Made by a program: the position numbers and the translations under genes | Source of the DNA: Azolla caroliniana | Taxonomy: Eukaryota > Plantae > Polypodiophyta | Length of the DNA stretch: 64,000 nucleotides | NCBI GenBank assembly: GCA_043228905.1 | Contig: JBHGNT010000022.1 | Location: 7,192,001 to 7,256,000, forward strand | Direction of reading: 5' to 3' | Notes under the pieces: model-generated | What the model was told of the DNA's origin: nothing | Databases searched by the model: none | The model's input: the letters and a program-made list of their open reading frames with translations, nothing else | In this document: piece after piece, positions 1 to 11,500 of the stretch | Position numbering within the stretch: position 1 is the first letter of the stretch | Layout: each line of letters starts with the position of its first letter

Positions 1-3000
1 GAGCTGGGGGTCCAGCCCTCGCATGTCTTCGTACGACCACGCGAACACATCCTTGAAGTCTGTTAACAATGCTACCATTGCCTTCTTTTCTTCCTTCGGC
101 AATTCCTTTGCAACATTTACCGGTCGGGGCTTGTCTGCTGTGCCGAGGTCCACCTCCTCCAGTTGGGATGCTTTTACCCTCTGGGATATTGTCATTTCCC
201 TCTCTAGGGATTCCTGTGCTTGTCGTAGTTCCCGGATCGCCGCTTGGTCCGGTTCTTCCGGCGTCGTAATGTACGGTTCTACTGCCGCCGTGATATCCAC
301 CTCAAATAGTGGGACGATTCGTGGGTGTTCCTCGAGGTACCGCTCGACTTCCTCGTCCGGTAATCCTTCCAACATGTTAATGCTTTCCGCATACAATGGA
401 GTTGCTTCCTTACTGGTGATCACCCGTGGTTGCGTCGTTACTCGTACCTTTGTTTTCCCTCGCCGGAATGTGATCATGTTCTTTTGCCAGTTCTGCTTGA
501 TATGCGCCGTTCGCAGCCATGGTCGTCCTAGCAGTAGGGGGTACGCGCCTTGTACATTCAGCTGCAGCACCACGGCCGATATCCGGAATACGTGGCCTCC
601 GATCGTGATTTCCAAATCCCGGATAAGCCCGGTCGGTCGGACTGAGCTAGTATCCGCCATGCGTAACCAGAAGGGGCATGGTTCCCATTCCCGGATGCCC
701 AGGTCGTTGCATGTCTGTTGGCTGATGACATTTACCCCGGAGCCTCCGTCAATAATCGTTCCAGCAATTTCCTTTCCTTTCACGATTGTCGTGATCGCCG
801 GGCTACTTGTATCGACCACCGCTGGTCCTTCCTCCGGGTTGGAGAAGAATGCCGGTGCTGGCGTCGGCTTCGGTTTGCTGACGGATGCCTGTAGGTCTGC
901 CGTAAATCGTGGCACTAACTGTAGTAGTCGTGCTAACGGTAGCACGATTTGACAGTCTTGTAGCGCTTGCCACGTCGGGTTTTCTCCCGGCTGTATGATT
1001 TCTTCGTCTTTTGGCATATTTTGGTCTCTTACTTCTGCCGCATTCTGTTCATTGGCCTCCTTGATCCATTGTGTCGCTTGTTTTCTGATTGCCTCCTGGG
1101 CTTCCCACTCGGCGGTCTTTCCCTTTGACCGGGTTGTGACCTGCTGTACTTCTGTTATTTCGGCTGTAACCATGTTGACTTCCGGCTGCTTGTCATAGCT
1201 TTTGCTTGGGCATTGGTTACTATAGTGGCCTTCCTTGCGGCAGTAATAACAGTACACCTTGTGACTGTTGCTCGTTTCTCCTTTGTCCCCGGTTTGGAGG
1301 GTGGGTATGCTCCGGCGGTCGTCTTCGGTTTTTCGGTTATCCGGTACGGATACCGGGTTGTCATTCCTTGCTGCCTCCCGACGTTCCTCTCTTCGGAAAA
1401 ATCCACGCTTCTGATTCCGTCGGAAATTTCGGTTCCCTTGTCGCCTCTCTTCTCCGCGTCGGTCGTATTCCGGGGCTCCGTCTTGGTCGTACCGGTCCCG
1501 GGGGTAGCTTTCTTTGCGTCTCTCCTCTCGGTCATAGTTGTCGCGTCTTCTATCAGCGTATCCTTGTCGCCTCTCTTCTCCGCGTCTGTCGTCTTCCGGG
1601 GATTCGTCTCTATCGTACCGGTCCCGGGGGTAGCTATCTCTGCGTCTCTCCTCTCGGTCATAGTTGTCGCGTCTTCTATCAGCGTATCTGTTACCGCATT
1701 CGCGTTGGTAGCGGTCGTCTCTCCGGAATCGATCCTCGTCCGGGTTCTGATTGCGCGGTTCTATGTGTCGAACCGGTGCTGCCTGCCGATTTAACAGGTT
1801 GTATTCGCATCGGTCCGTTGTATGGGCTCGAGAGTTGCAGATCACGCATTGTGTCCGCAGGGTGCAGTCTACTGTTGAGTGCCCCGAATTTAGGCATGTC
1901 GTACATTGTAAGGCATGTCGGAACCTCAGGTCTTCCTCTTTTGGGAGTGCCCGGTGTAACATCCCCATCGACAAGAAGGGGCTAGTCTTGTCCATTTCTA
2001 AAACCCGATCAATAACTTGGTCCATTGTGCTGGTTTGGAAATCAAGGACTCCGCACATTGTTCGAAGTGGCTCTTTCAGTGCGGCCAGAAAGACTGCTTT
2101 GGCTTCTTCTTCGGGTGGTGCTCTTGTCAGTTGGCTGTGCAGGGTCTGGAACCGAATGATGAATTGTGGCATAGTCTCGTTCTCTTCCTGCCGGGTGGTG
2201 TAGAACTGCCCGACCAATTCCCTTTGCTCAAATTGTCTGTGAAAAAACCTGAGGAATCTGGCCTTCAAGGCATCGAATGTGGCAAAGGTGCCTGGTAAGT
2301 GCTTTGCGTGCCATTGGGCCGCCGGTCCTTCTAAGGTTATGCCGAATTCGGCGATTTTGGATCGTTCGGCTTCGGGCTCCGTCAGTCTTTGGGAGATATG
2401 GTTGGCTTCCCATGTTTGGAGGAATGCGTACACGTGTGCCTCCGCGTCGGCCTCATCCCGGTACTTTGGGTATGGGTACGGCATCGTGTCGTCCAACTGA
2501 CTCTCCTGTTCCCTCCGTTCTCTGTCCGCTGTTGGCATTGGTGTGAGAGCCTTTGGTTCCTCCGCGGGTGTTGTCGGTATCCGCTCCTTCGGTTCCCTCG
2601 CGGTTGTTGTCGGTATCCGGTCAGCCTTCCTCGGCGGTTGCCGGTCACCGAATTCCAGGGTTATTTCTTCCTCTGGCGCCGGTGTTACTGAGTCTTCCGA
2701 CCCCTCGTCCTCCCGGTCGTTTGGTGTGTCGTGGCTGCTTTTATACCGGGATGCAACGCTTCCGTCGCTTTCCGACTCCGCCTCAAGTGTTGCGAATGCT
2801 TCCGAGTCCCCGTCGCCCGCGGCGAGCGTCTGCAGTATCGTTTCCGCCTCTTGCAGGCTTGTTATGCTACTGCCTTCGTCGGGGATTTGTAGAACCCGGA
2901 ACTGCAGTGCTTCTTCTGCGACTCTCCGAAGAGTTTTGGAGAATGACCGATCCCGCCGGATCTCGTCGACGGCTTGCTGCAGGGCTTCCCGTCTAGACAT
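1..3000 (-). CDS. Gag-Pol polyprotein, 3' partial (Gag with three CCHC knuckles, aspartic protease, start of RT)
   Basis: ATG at 3000 (MSRREALQQAVDEIRR). Manually translated motifs: CTTCLNSGHSTVDC, CVICNSRAHTTDRC, CYYCRKEGHYSNQC, IIDGGSGVN (D codon 748-750), LLLGRPWL, FKDVFAWSYEDMRGLDP. Absent from the ORF track, consistent with no stop before the window edge. Confidence 0.85.
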   Translation of the reverse strand, partial: MSRREALQQAVDEIRRDRSFSKTLRRVAEEALQFRVLQIPDEGSSITSLQEAETILQTLAAGDGDSEAFATLEAESESDGSVASRYKSSHDTPNDREDEGSEDSVTPAPEEEITLEFGDRQPPRKADRIPTTTAREPKERIPTTPAEEPKALTPMPTADRERREQESQLDDTMPYPYPKYRDEADAEAHVYAFLQTWEANHISQRLTEPEAERSKIAEFGITLEGPAAQWHAKHLPGTFATFDALKARFLRFFHRQFEQRELVGQFYTTRQEENETMPQFIIRFQTLHSQLTRAPPEEEAKAVFLAALKEPLRTMCGVLDFQTSTMDQVIDRVLEMDKTSPFLSMGMLHRALPKEEDLRFRHALQCTTCLNSGHSTVDCTLRTQCVICNSRAHTTDRCEYNLLNRQAAPVRHIEPRNQNPDEDRFRRDDRYQRECGNRYADRRRDNYDREERRRDSYPRDRYDRDESPEDDRRGEERRQGYADRRRDNYDREERRKESYPRDRYDQDGAPEYDRRGEERRQGNRNFRRNQKRGFFRREERREAARNDNPVSVPDNRKTEDDRRSIPTLQTGDKGETSNSHKVYCYYCRKEGHYSNQCPSKSYDKQPEVNMVTAEITEVQQVTTRSKGKTAEWEAQEAIRKQATQWIKEANEQNAAEVRDQNMPKDEEIIQPGENPTWQALQDCQIVLPLARLLQLVPRFTADLQASVSKPKPTPAPAFFSNPEEGPAVVDTSSPAITTIVKGKEIAGTIIDGGSGVNVISQQTCNDLGIREWEPCPFWLRMADTSSVRPTGLIRDLEITIGGHVFRISAVVLQLNVQGAYPLLLGRPWLRTAHIKQNWQKNMITFRRGKTKVRVTTQPRVITSKEATPLYAESINMLEGLPDEEVERYLEEHPRIVPLFEVDITAAVEPYITTPEEPDQAAIRELRQAQESLEREMTISQRVKASQLEEVDLGTADKPRPVNVAKELPKEEKKAMVALLTDFKDVFAWSYEDMRGLDPQL
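1436..1688. repeat. 126-bp tandem duplication (42 codons, Arg/Asp-rich) inside gag
   Basis: CCTTGTCGCCTCTCTTCTCCGCGTC...TCTTCTATCAGCGTA starts at 1436 and again at 1562. Confidence 0.9.
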
Positions 3001-3036
3001 CCATCCCCCGGTTGTCCTCTGCACTTTGCAGGAATC

Positions 3037-3046
3037 GTGGTCGCCA
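3037..3046 (-). promoter_or_regulatory. Primer-binding site TGGCGACCAC (probably tRNA-Arg)
   Basis: Follows the LTR end after a short spacer and starts with TGG (complement of CCA). The tRNA identity is from recall of plant tRNA-Arg(TCG) 3' ends. Confidence 0.65.
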
Positions 3047-3052
3047 AAATAG

Positions 3053-3438
3053 TGTTGTCTGTTTGGCCGGACTAGCCTCAACACAGGTGTCTACCCGACA
3101 CTTCTCCAAATGGGTGGTAAGGATTGGATGCTAGGTTACACGCATAAGATGATTACAATTAAGCACGGACGGCAAACAATACGAGATACAGATAAATACA
3201 CAATAATTACTATTGTATTACTTCCGTCAAAACACTTTACAAATCATCGGATCCTTTTATAGGCATCCGGCAAGGTTACAATCGGTGCGCTTAGGCAACC
3301 GACATCCGAATCGGTTCGGATCCGGATCGGTACAACTGTACCGAATCCGTCCCTCCGAATAATAATTCTACTATTACTTCCTATTATCCGATCCGATTCC
3401 GCCTTCCCACTTGTCCTTGCTCTTCTGACCGGCCAACA
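3053..3438 (-). repeat. 5' LTR (386 bp) of the Tat-like Gypsy
   Basis: TGTTG...CAACA inverted termini, adjacent PBS, TATA-like CCTATAAAA on the minus strand near 3255-3263. Confidence 0.85.
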
Positions 3439-3856
3439 GCTGGAAGTTGTGGGCTTCTGTGCTGAAGACGAAGGATCAGGTGCTATCCATCTTCAAAGAG
3501 TTCTAAGCGAGGGCCGAGAGGGAAACTGACAGAAAACTAAAGGCAGTCCGAGCAGACAATGGCAGAGAGTACCACAGATAGTTCGAGGAATACTATTGAG
3601 TGCAGGGAATCCGACTCGAGTATATCGTGCCGAAGACGCCAGAGTTTAACAGGCTGGCCGAGAGAATGAACCGAACTATAATGGAGATGGTCTGAAGTAT
3701 GCTTGCACATACGAAGTTACCGAAGACGTTCTGCGCTGAGGTGCTGATGACAACATCGTATGTGATAAACCGATCACCCTCAGTACCCTTGGACGGTGAT
3801 ATTCCACAAAGGGTGTAGCGAGGTAAAGATGTTTCGTACCGACACTTGAAGGTGTT

Positions 3857-4274
3857 CGGCTAGCTTGCTTATGTGCATGTTACAAAGGACCAGAGGGGGA
3901 AGTTGGACCTAAAATCTCAGCCATGTATATTTCTTAGCTCGGCGAAGTTGAATTCAGATATCGGCTACGGGAATTAGCCGAGAAGAAGGTGATCCGGCTG
4001 GCTTGCTTATGTGCGTGTTACAAAGGACCAGAGGGGGAAGCTGGACCTAAAATCTCGGCCATGTATATTTCTCCGCTTGACGAAGATGAATTTAGATATC
4101 TGCTACGGGAATTAGCTGAGAAGAAGGTGATCCGGCTGGCTTGCTTATGTGCATGTTACAAAGGACCAGAGGGGGAAGCTGGACCTAAAATCTTGACCAT
4201 ATATATTTCTCCGCTTGGTGAAGATGAATTTGGATATCGGCTCTGGGAATTAGCCGAGAAGAAGGTGATCCGGA
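3857..4274. repeat. 138-bp tandem triplication within the Copia integrase region
   Basis: GCTTATGTG..GTTACAAAGGACCAGAGGGGGAAG..GAAGAAGGTGATCCGG at 3867, 4005 and 4143. Confidence 0.9.
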
Positions 4275-4742
4275 ACTGAGACATCATCTTCATGGAAGAA
4301 AAGAGAATTGTCGATTGGGAGATTGAGAATAAGTCTCCAACTACTGAATCGAGTCGAGCTGATGCTCAGCCAAATTGAATAGAAGTCGATTCAATCGAAA
4401 TCGAATACGAGTCAGTCGACCGATTTAATACTCGGCAAAATCGAGAACTGATTGAAGAATGAGGGGAACCGGCCGAACAAGGAACCAAATTCATCTTGGC
4501 CGAAGAAGGGTTTAGGGTTTAGAGAACCACACATACAAATTGAATGAACTACCGAGGGGAAAGAAGGCACTTAGAAATAAGTGGGTATACAAATTGAAGC
4601 CGGGAGATGGTGGAAATCCACCCAGATACAAAGTACGAATTGTCATGAAAGGCTTCCAGTAGTGAAGATGACATCAATCCGAATAGTGTTGACCATAGCT
4701 GGATCTCGAAGTCGAGCAACTAGGTGTTAAGACTGCCTTCCT

Positions 4743-5198
4743 TGTGAAGAATTGGGTATGATTCGTGTTTAGCGGAAGAGATTTGTGTTATGTGTATGTG
4801 TGAGAGGAATTAGCGGAGAGAACCAGAGAACACAAGATAGATAGAGAAAGGAATAGTCAAGAAGAAGGTGTACATTAACAAGTAGAATAGGAAATACAAA
4901 ATGTAGCATTACATGGAGTCACAACCCTTAATATGAAGTATGGGGAGGATGCTTTATATATAGTCACCCTCTCTCTTCATTAACTAACTATAACAACCAC
5001 TCTACTCTCTCTTGGGGAATATGAAAACTCATAGTCATGGGGAATATGTAACTCATTGGTTATGTTGTCATAGAATATGATTCTATGACACATAGTTAAT
5101 GTGTAGAGAGTAGTGGTGTGACTCTTGACCTTTGAGTAATCATAAATTCTCAAAAGGTGTGTTCACACGTTGCACTATGTTGAGCTTGATTCTCCACA
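4743..5198 (-). mobile_element. Solo LTR (456 bp) of a Copia family, homologous to the LTR at 26332-26740
   Basis: TGTGAAGA...TCTCCACA termini, TSD TTCCT/TTGCT. It interrupts the KTAFL|HGDLEEE RT motif and shares TAGAATATGATTCTATGA and GTTGAGCTTGATTCTC blocks with 26332-26740. Confidence 0.88.
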
Positions 5199-6418
5199 TT
5201 GCTTCATGGAGATTTGGAGGAAGAGATATACATGCACCAACCAGAAGGATTCGAAGAAAAAGGTAAAGAAAACCTGGTATGCCGATTGAGAAAGAACCTG
5301 AATGGGTTGAAACAGGCACCTCATCAATGGTACCAAAAGTTTGAATCTTTCATGGTGGATCACAGTTTCAGCAAGACACAAGTTGATCATTCCATCTTTG
5401 TCAAGAAGTATGATGGAGGAGATTTTCTCATCCTCATGTTGTATTTTGATGACATGTTGATTGTTGGATAGGACTCGAGGAAAATCAGAAGGCCTTGAGT
5501 AGGTCGTTCTTGATGAAAGATATGGGTCCGGCAAAACAAATCCTAGGAATGCACATTGTTCGGGATCGAGCAAAGAAATTGTTATGGTTGTCACAGGAGA
5601 AGTACATGACAAAGGTACTCTAGAGATTCGGTCTGGGAAACACGAAACCGGTCAGCTTGACACGTCCGACAAATTGCAAACTAAGTAAAGACCATTGTCC
5701 GAAATTGACAACCGAGAAGGTCGAGATATCAAAAGTCCCTTATGCCTTGGTAGTTAGAAGCCCTTTGTATGCAATGGTTTGCACTAGGCCAGACATTGGT
5801 TATGCAGTCTAAGTTGTAAGCCGATATATGAGAAATCCCGTAAGAGAGCATTGGGCAGCGGTCAAGTGGATACTTCGGTATCTAAGAGGCACCGCGAGTG
5901 TGTGTCGCCGATTCAGCTCGGGTAACCCCACATTGGAAGGTTATATGGATTCAGACATATCAGTTGATGCGGATACCAGCCAATCCATGTCCGAGTACAT
6001 GATGACTTATGCAGGGGAGCCATTTTGAGGCAGTCGAGGCTGCCAAAGGCCGTGGCATTGTCGACCATGGAAGCCGATTATATGGCTGCAACGGAAGCCA
6101 GTAAGGAAATCATTTGGATGAAGGAATTTTTCGGAGAGTTGGGAATTTGACATGAGGAATTCGGACTCCGTGACAATAATAAGAGTGTCATCCACCTTGC
6201 GAAAAATGTTGCCTACCACTCGAGGACCAAGCACATCCAGAGGAGTTATCATTGGCTCCAAGAGAGAGTAGAAGAGAAGAAGTTTACTCTAGTAAAGGTG
6301 CATACAACGGAGAACGGGTCGGACATGCTAACGAAGGTGTTGTCGGCTGAAAAGCTGAATGAGTGCTGACAGAGTGTCTAATTGGTGAAGTACCCCATGC
6401 CTGAGTGAAGGGAGAGTT

Positions 6419-6995
6419 TGTTGAGAAAACAAGGCCCTTCAAATGGAAAGAAGACAACGAACCGAATCGAAGACATATGGGTAACTTGGTCGAGGCTGAA
6501 ACCGAAACTGAAATCGAGAATTGAAATCGAGAATCGATTACATAACCAATTTGGGAGACTATATTTGTAAATAGTCTGAATATGACCTATGTGGGCTATA
6601 TCTATAAATAGCCAAAAAATTGTATAAGTGTAAATACAACTAGGGCAAACTTTATGTTGAGGGTTGATCATTGTGGTAATAGTGGTTATGTAATTAGAGA
6701 TGGCCGTTGCCTCTGTAACTGTGAATTAGTAGGAGAGAGAGTGTGTGCGTGAGCAACTCTGCAGCCGTCATTTGATGAAGACAAGCTCGAGGTTGTTGCC
6801 TTTGATTCTCTCCTTGTATTCCTCCCTTATTATAATGATTTTCTTTCTCGGGGTTTGTGGGCCCCCATGGGTTTTTCCCTTTCGGGGTTTCCACGTAAAA
6901 CATCGGGGTTTTTCTGAATGTGCACTATCTATCTCGATTCTTTGCACCGGAACATCGAGAGTAAAACCGGTTGTGGCTGGGTCACGATCCTAACA
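6419..6995 (+). repeat. 3' LTR (577 bp) of the degenerate Tork-like Copia
   Basis: TGTTG after the PPT, CTATAAATA at about 6602, Copia U5-type motif GGTTTTTCCC..GGGGTTTCCACGT, ends TAACA. Confidence 0.85.
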
Positions 6996-7057
6996 TCATT
7001 CTATATTCATTTGAGCATGTGTCTGAGCTACTGAATTGTGCTTATTGCCGATTGAGC

Positions 7058-7643
7058 CTATATGTATTTCATATGTCTCCCATTGCGTATGAGAAGTTGT
7101 AATCTGCTTGTCCACAAAGTCTGCTTCGCCATCTCAATAATTTTGTCTTTGTCTCTAAGCATTCGTTCCTTCTCCTCCCTAGCTTCCCCACGAGCTTTTG
7201 TCCTCTCTGCTTTGAAAAACTTGGCCTGAATCTCCAAGGTTTCGGCACAATCTTTTATCTCAGTCCTTGCTTCCTTCAGCTTCTTCCCTTGCTGATCGAA
7301 ATCGTCCTTTACCTCTTTATGCTCCTTATACAACTTTTCAAAAATTGGCTTGTTTGTTCGTCAAACTTATTTGCCTGCTCAACCCTTAGCTGATATCATC
7401 TCTGTCCTTTTGCTACCATAATTCCTCTCTCAGCCGATCAATCTCCTCATCGGCCATCTTCTTCAATTCCTCCTTTTGTTGCCGCAAAGCCTCCTTCAGC
7501 CTATTAAATTCCTCATTGAGCCACTCATTTTCACCCTTTAACCAATTAATTTCATCTACTACCGCTTCTCTCAACTTCTTCGCTTTCTCTGTAATGGCTA
7601 TTTGTATTGCTAGCTCGTCCTTTAATCTTCCAACCTAACTAAT
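7058..7643 (-). pseudogene. Decayed coiled-coil ORF of unknown (probably transposon) origin, split by the intact Copia; upstream part at 13395-13459
   Basis: Manual translation RLKDELAIQIAITEKAKKLREAVVDEINWLKGENEWLNEEFNRLKEALRQQKEELKKMADEEIDRLREELW* followed by track ORF 7058..7333. The CTAAT TSD joins it to 13395 onward. Confidence 0.55.
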
Positions 7644-8466
7644 TGATGAGGTATAGACACGTAAGAGTGTAACACGCGTCACGTTTTATGCTCGATTATA
7701 ATGAAAAAAGAAACACAAGAAACACACACAATGGCACAACAAAGATTACACAAGATTTAACGTGGAAAAACCCTCAATGAGGGAAACAACCACGGGACAA
7801 AAGTCCAAAACCAATCCACTATCAAGAAAGAGATACAACACAAAGTACAAGTTCTACTTCTAGATATACTAGAAATATGTAGAGATATGTAGCATAATAC
7901 TACCGACAAAAATGGTACAATAATCCAAAGGGATAAGACTATCTCTCAAGCATATAGTAGAAAAGAAGAGAGAAGAAAACCCGGATAAGAATGTCCACAA
8001 GTCGAAGTAGTAGCCGTGTAGATCTCACGTTGAGTAGCGGAGATGGAAAGAAGATTAAGAGTAGATGAGTCGAGCACCAAGCTTCACCAAGCTCCACCAA
8101 GCTTCACCAAGCTTCACTAAGCTTCTCTATGCTTCACAATGCTTCACTCTCCTTCACGCTCTCATGCTTTGTTCTCATCTCTTCCCATATATATATATAT
8201 CTCCTTTCCACCTTCTCTTTGTCTCTCGCAAAACAAAAACGGTCGTTTTGTTTTGTTTTACTCTTTATTATTATTATTACTATTATTATTTTCTTTCTTT
8301 ACTCACTAAAAAACGTAACTTACATTTACCCTTTTAAAGAATAAAGTAAGGGTAATAATTACTAAAGAAACAAAACTTTTGTTTTGTTTCATATTACTAT
8401 CTAATAATAATAATAATAAATGTTATTAGAAAAAAACAAAACAAAATAGTGACCGGATAATTAACA
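7644..8466 (-). repeat. 3' LTR of the intact Copia
   Basis: TGATGAGG...TTAACA, direct repeat of 12567-13389. PPT AGGGGGAGAT at 8467-8476 on the minus strand. Confidence 0.97.
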
Positions 8467-8507
8467 ATCTCCCCCTCCGGTCACACAAGGAGAGAATTGC
8501 TTGTGTC

Positions 8508-11500
8508 TCAATTCATCTCCATTCCGGCAAGCTTGGCACATAGCTCAAGCTTCTCCCTTGGAACCACCTTTGTTAGCATGTCAGCAACGTTGTCATCAGT
8601 GTGAACTTTCTCTAGTTGCAACTTTTGCTCCTCGATAGCTAATCGTAACCAATGATACCTCACATCAATATGTTTTGTTCGTGAGTGATACATTGAGTTC
8701 TTGCTTAGGTCCATTGCACTTTGACTGTCACAAAAAACCACATAAGTTAATTGGCTCAAACCCAATTCTAAAAGAAACCTTTTCATCCAAAGCATTTCTT
8801 TGCCAGCCTCAGTTGCCGCAATGTATTCAGCTTCCGTAGTGGACAAGGCAACACACTTTTGCAATTTGGATTGCCATGATATAGCTCCCCCTGCAAAAGT
8901 AAATAAGAAACCGGATGTAGATTTTCTACCATCAAGATCTCCAGCCATGTCCGCATCTGTAAAGCCTTCAAGAATTGGTTTAGAACCTCCAAAACAAATG
9001 CACAACTTAGATGTACCTCTCAAATACCGTAAAATCCATTTTACGGCATTCCAATGAGATTTACCAGGGTTAGAGAGATACCTACTCACTGTACCAACTG
9101 CATGTGCAATATCTGGTCGTGTGCTAACCATAGCATACATTAAAGATCCAACCGCCGAGGCATAGGGAATCGATGACATCTCATCTCTTTCCTCCTCGGT
9201 AATTGGACAACATTTCCTACTCAATTTAAAGTGAGTGGCAAGAGGAGTACTTACTGGTTTCGAATATTGCATGTTGAACCTTTCGAGGATTCTTTCTATG
9301 TACGTTTCTTGTGAAAGCCACAATTTCTTTGATTCTCTATCACGAGTTATTTGCATACCTAAAATGTGCTTAGAAGACCCTAAATCTTTCATGTCAAAAG
9401 TTTTAGATAACTCCACTTTTAACCTATTAATCATATTTAGGTCTTGCCCAACAATTAGCATATCATCAACATACAAAAGAAGTATAATAAAATTACCATC
9501 CTCAAATTGTTTAACATACACACAATGGTCCGCATTAGTTCTTTTATAACCTTGATTCACCATAAAAGAATCAAACTTTTTATACCATTGGCGCGGTGCT
9601 TGTTTTAGGCCATAGAGACTCTTTTTCAACCTACATACCAAATGTTCTTTCCCTTTCTCTTTAAAACCCTCTGGTTGTTCCATGTATATTTCCTCATCTA
9701 GGTCACCATGTAAAAAAGCAGTTTTCACATCTAATTGTTCAAGTTCAAGGTTTAAACTAGCTACCAAACCTAACACAATTCGTATTGAACTTAATTTCAC
9801 AACTGGTGAGAAAATTTCATCAAAGTCAATTCCTTTCTTTTGACCATATCCTTTTACTACCAAACGAGCTTTATATTTTATAAAGTTATCATCACCCCTT
9901 TTCAACTTAAACACCCATTTATTTTTCAAAGCTTTCCTACCCTTAGGAAGTTCAACTAGCTCAAATGTGTTATTCTTTTTCAAAGAATTAATTTCTTCAT
10001 GCATGGCCTCTACCCAACTATCTTTGTCTTTAAGAGTTTGCACATCATGAAAACTTTCCGGTTCACCGTCATTAGTGAGTAAAACATATTCAGAGCTAGG
10101 ATACCTCATGGATGGTCGTTGTTCTCTAGTAGATCTCCTTAAAGGTTGATTTGCCACCTCTTGTAATGGGAGTTCCTCCCCCCACTCAAGACCTGTCTCT
10201 GGCAAAACAACATCATTACTAGCATCATCTATAATCAACGGCTCAACAACATCCTCATGTTGCTCTTCTTGTTGTGAGGCACTCTCTTGTGTATCATCAT
10301 CCATCATAGGAATTGGTTCAATATCTACTAGGTCACCATCTGAAGGGGTATTTGACCTTTCCGCCTTGTCAATGTCCTCAATGGTTTGGTCTTCGATGAA
10401 CACTACGTCACGACTCCTAATAAGCTTCTTTCCCACAGGATCGTAACACCTATAACCAAAATCATCTTGACCATATCCAATAAAAATGCATTGTTTAGAT
10501 TTAGCATCTAACTTTGATCTTTCATCCTTGGGTATATGCACAAAACACTTACACCCAAACACACTTAAATAATCATAAGAGACATCTTTACCATACCATA
10601 CTCTATTTGGTACATCACCTTGCAATGCGGTAGTAGGAGATAAATTAATGATATGTGCAACAGTATTCAAAGCCTCACCCCAAAATGATTTAGGTAACCT
10701 TGCATCTGAGAGTAAGCACCTAACTCTTTCAACTAAGGTTCTATTGATTCTTTCGGCCAAACCATTTAATTGGGGAGGCTTAGGAGGGGTTCTTTGATGT
10801 TTGATACCTTGCTCTCGACAATACGCATCGAAAGATCCACAGTATTCGCCACCATTATCGCTACGAATACACTTCAGTTTCTTCCCTGTTTCTCTCTCAA
10901 CAAAAACATGAAACTCTTTAAAAACATCAAAAACTTGATCTTTTGATTTCAACATTCGAACCCAAAGCTTCCTAGAATGATCATCAATGAAAGTAACGAA
11001 ATAAAGTGCTCCACCCATTGACCTTACCTTCAAGGGTCCACACACATCAGAATGCACTAGATCGAGTATACCTTTTCGTCGAAGAGAAGAATGCTTAAAG
11101 GAAACCCTCTTAGCCTTCCCTGCCAAACAGTGATCACATGTATCTAACTTCACATCTTTTAAACCTGGTAGGACGTTCTTTTTTGCTAGAAAGTCAAGTC
11201 CCTTTTCACTAATATGGGACAATCTCTTATGCCACAATTTTGAAACATCTTGATTTTCAACTGCATTGAAAAAGTTAGTAGAGACAGAAGCTTGCAAAAG
11301 ATATAGACCATTATGACAACATTTATTAGCTTTCGCAATAATCATAGAACCCTTACAAATTTTCCACTTACCATTTTGAGACGCATGACTATAACCCTTG
11401 TCATCTAATGTACCTGTGGAGATTAGATCCAATCTAATATCGGGCACGTGTCGTACTTGATGTAGAATCAGCTTGAATCCCGTGTTGGTTTGCAAGCAAA

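Larger units (their letters stand above)
1..3438 (-). mobile_element. Ty3/Gypsy non-chromovirus (Tat/Ogre-like) LTR retrotransposon, 5' part; continues beyond the left edge; inserted into the Copia at 3439
   Basis: 5' LTR 3053-3438, PBS at 3037-3046 and a gag-protease-RT reading frame running off position 1. Copia integrase sequence resumes directly at 3439. Confidence 0.9.
3439..6995 (+). mobile_element. Degenerate Ty1/Copia (Tork/Tnt1-like), integrase-RT-RNase H plus 3' LTR; the 5' part lies left of the Gypsy insertion
   Basis: Fragments LKTKDQVLSIFKE, LHGDLEEEIYMHQPEGF, LKQAPHQWY, YFDDMLI, HWAAVKWILRYL with many stops and frameshifts. PPT GAAGGGAGAG at about 6407-6416, LTR 6419-6995. Confidence 0.9.

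Noticed and set aside
23-3052. Long plus-strand ORFs (309, 259, 193, 169 aa and others) and similar short ORFs throughout the track
   Set aside because: They are Ser-rich antisense or alternative-frame shadows of retroelement gag-pol and carry no independent motifs.
8065-8344. Duplicated small ORFs with poly-Tyr or poly-Ile (also 12988-13267)
   Set aside because: They are translations of TTA microsatellite and AT-rich LTR sequence, duplicated only because the LTRs are.
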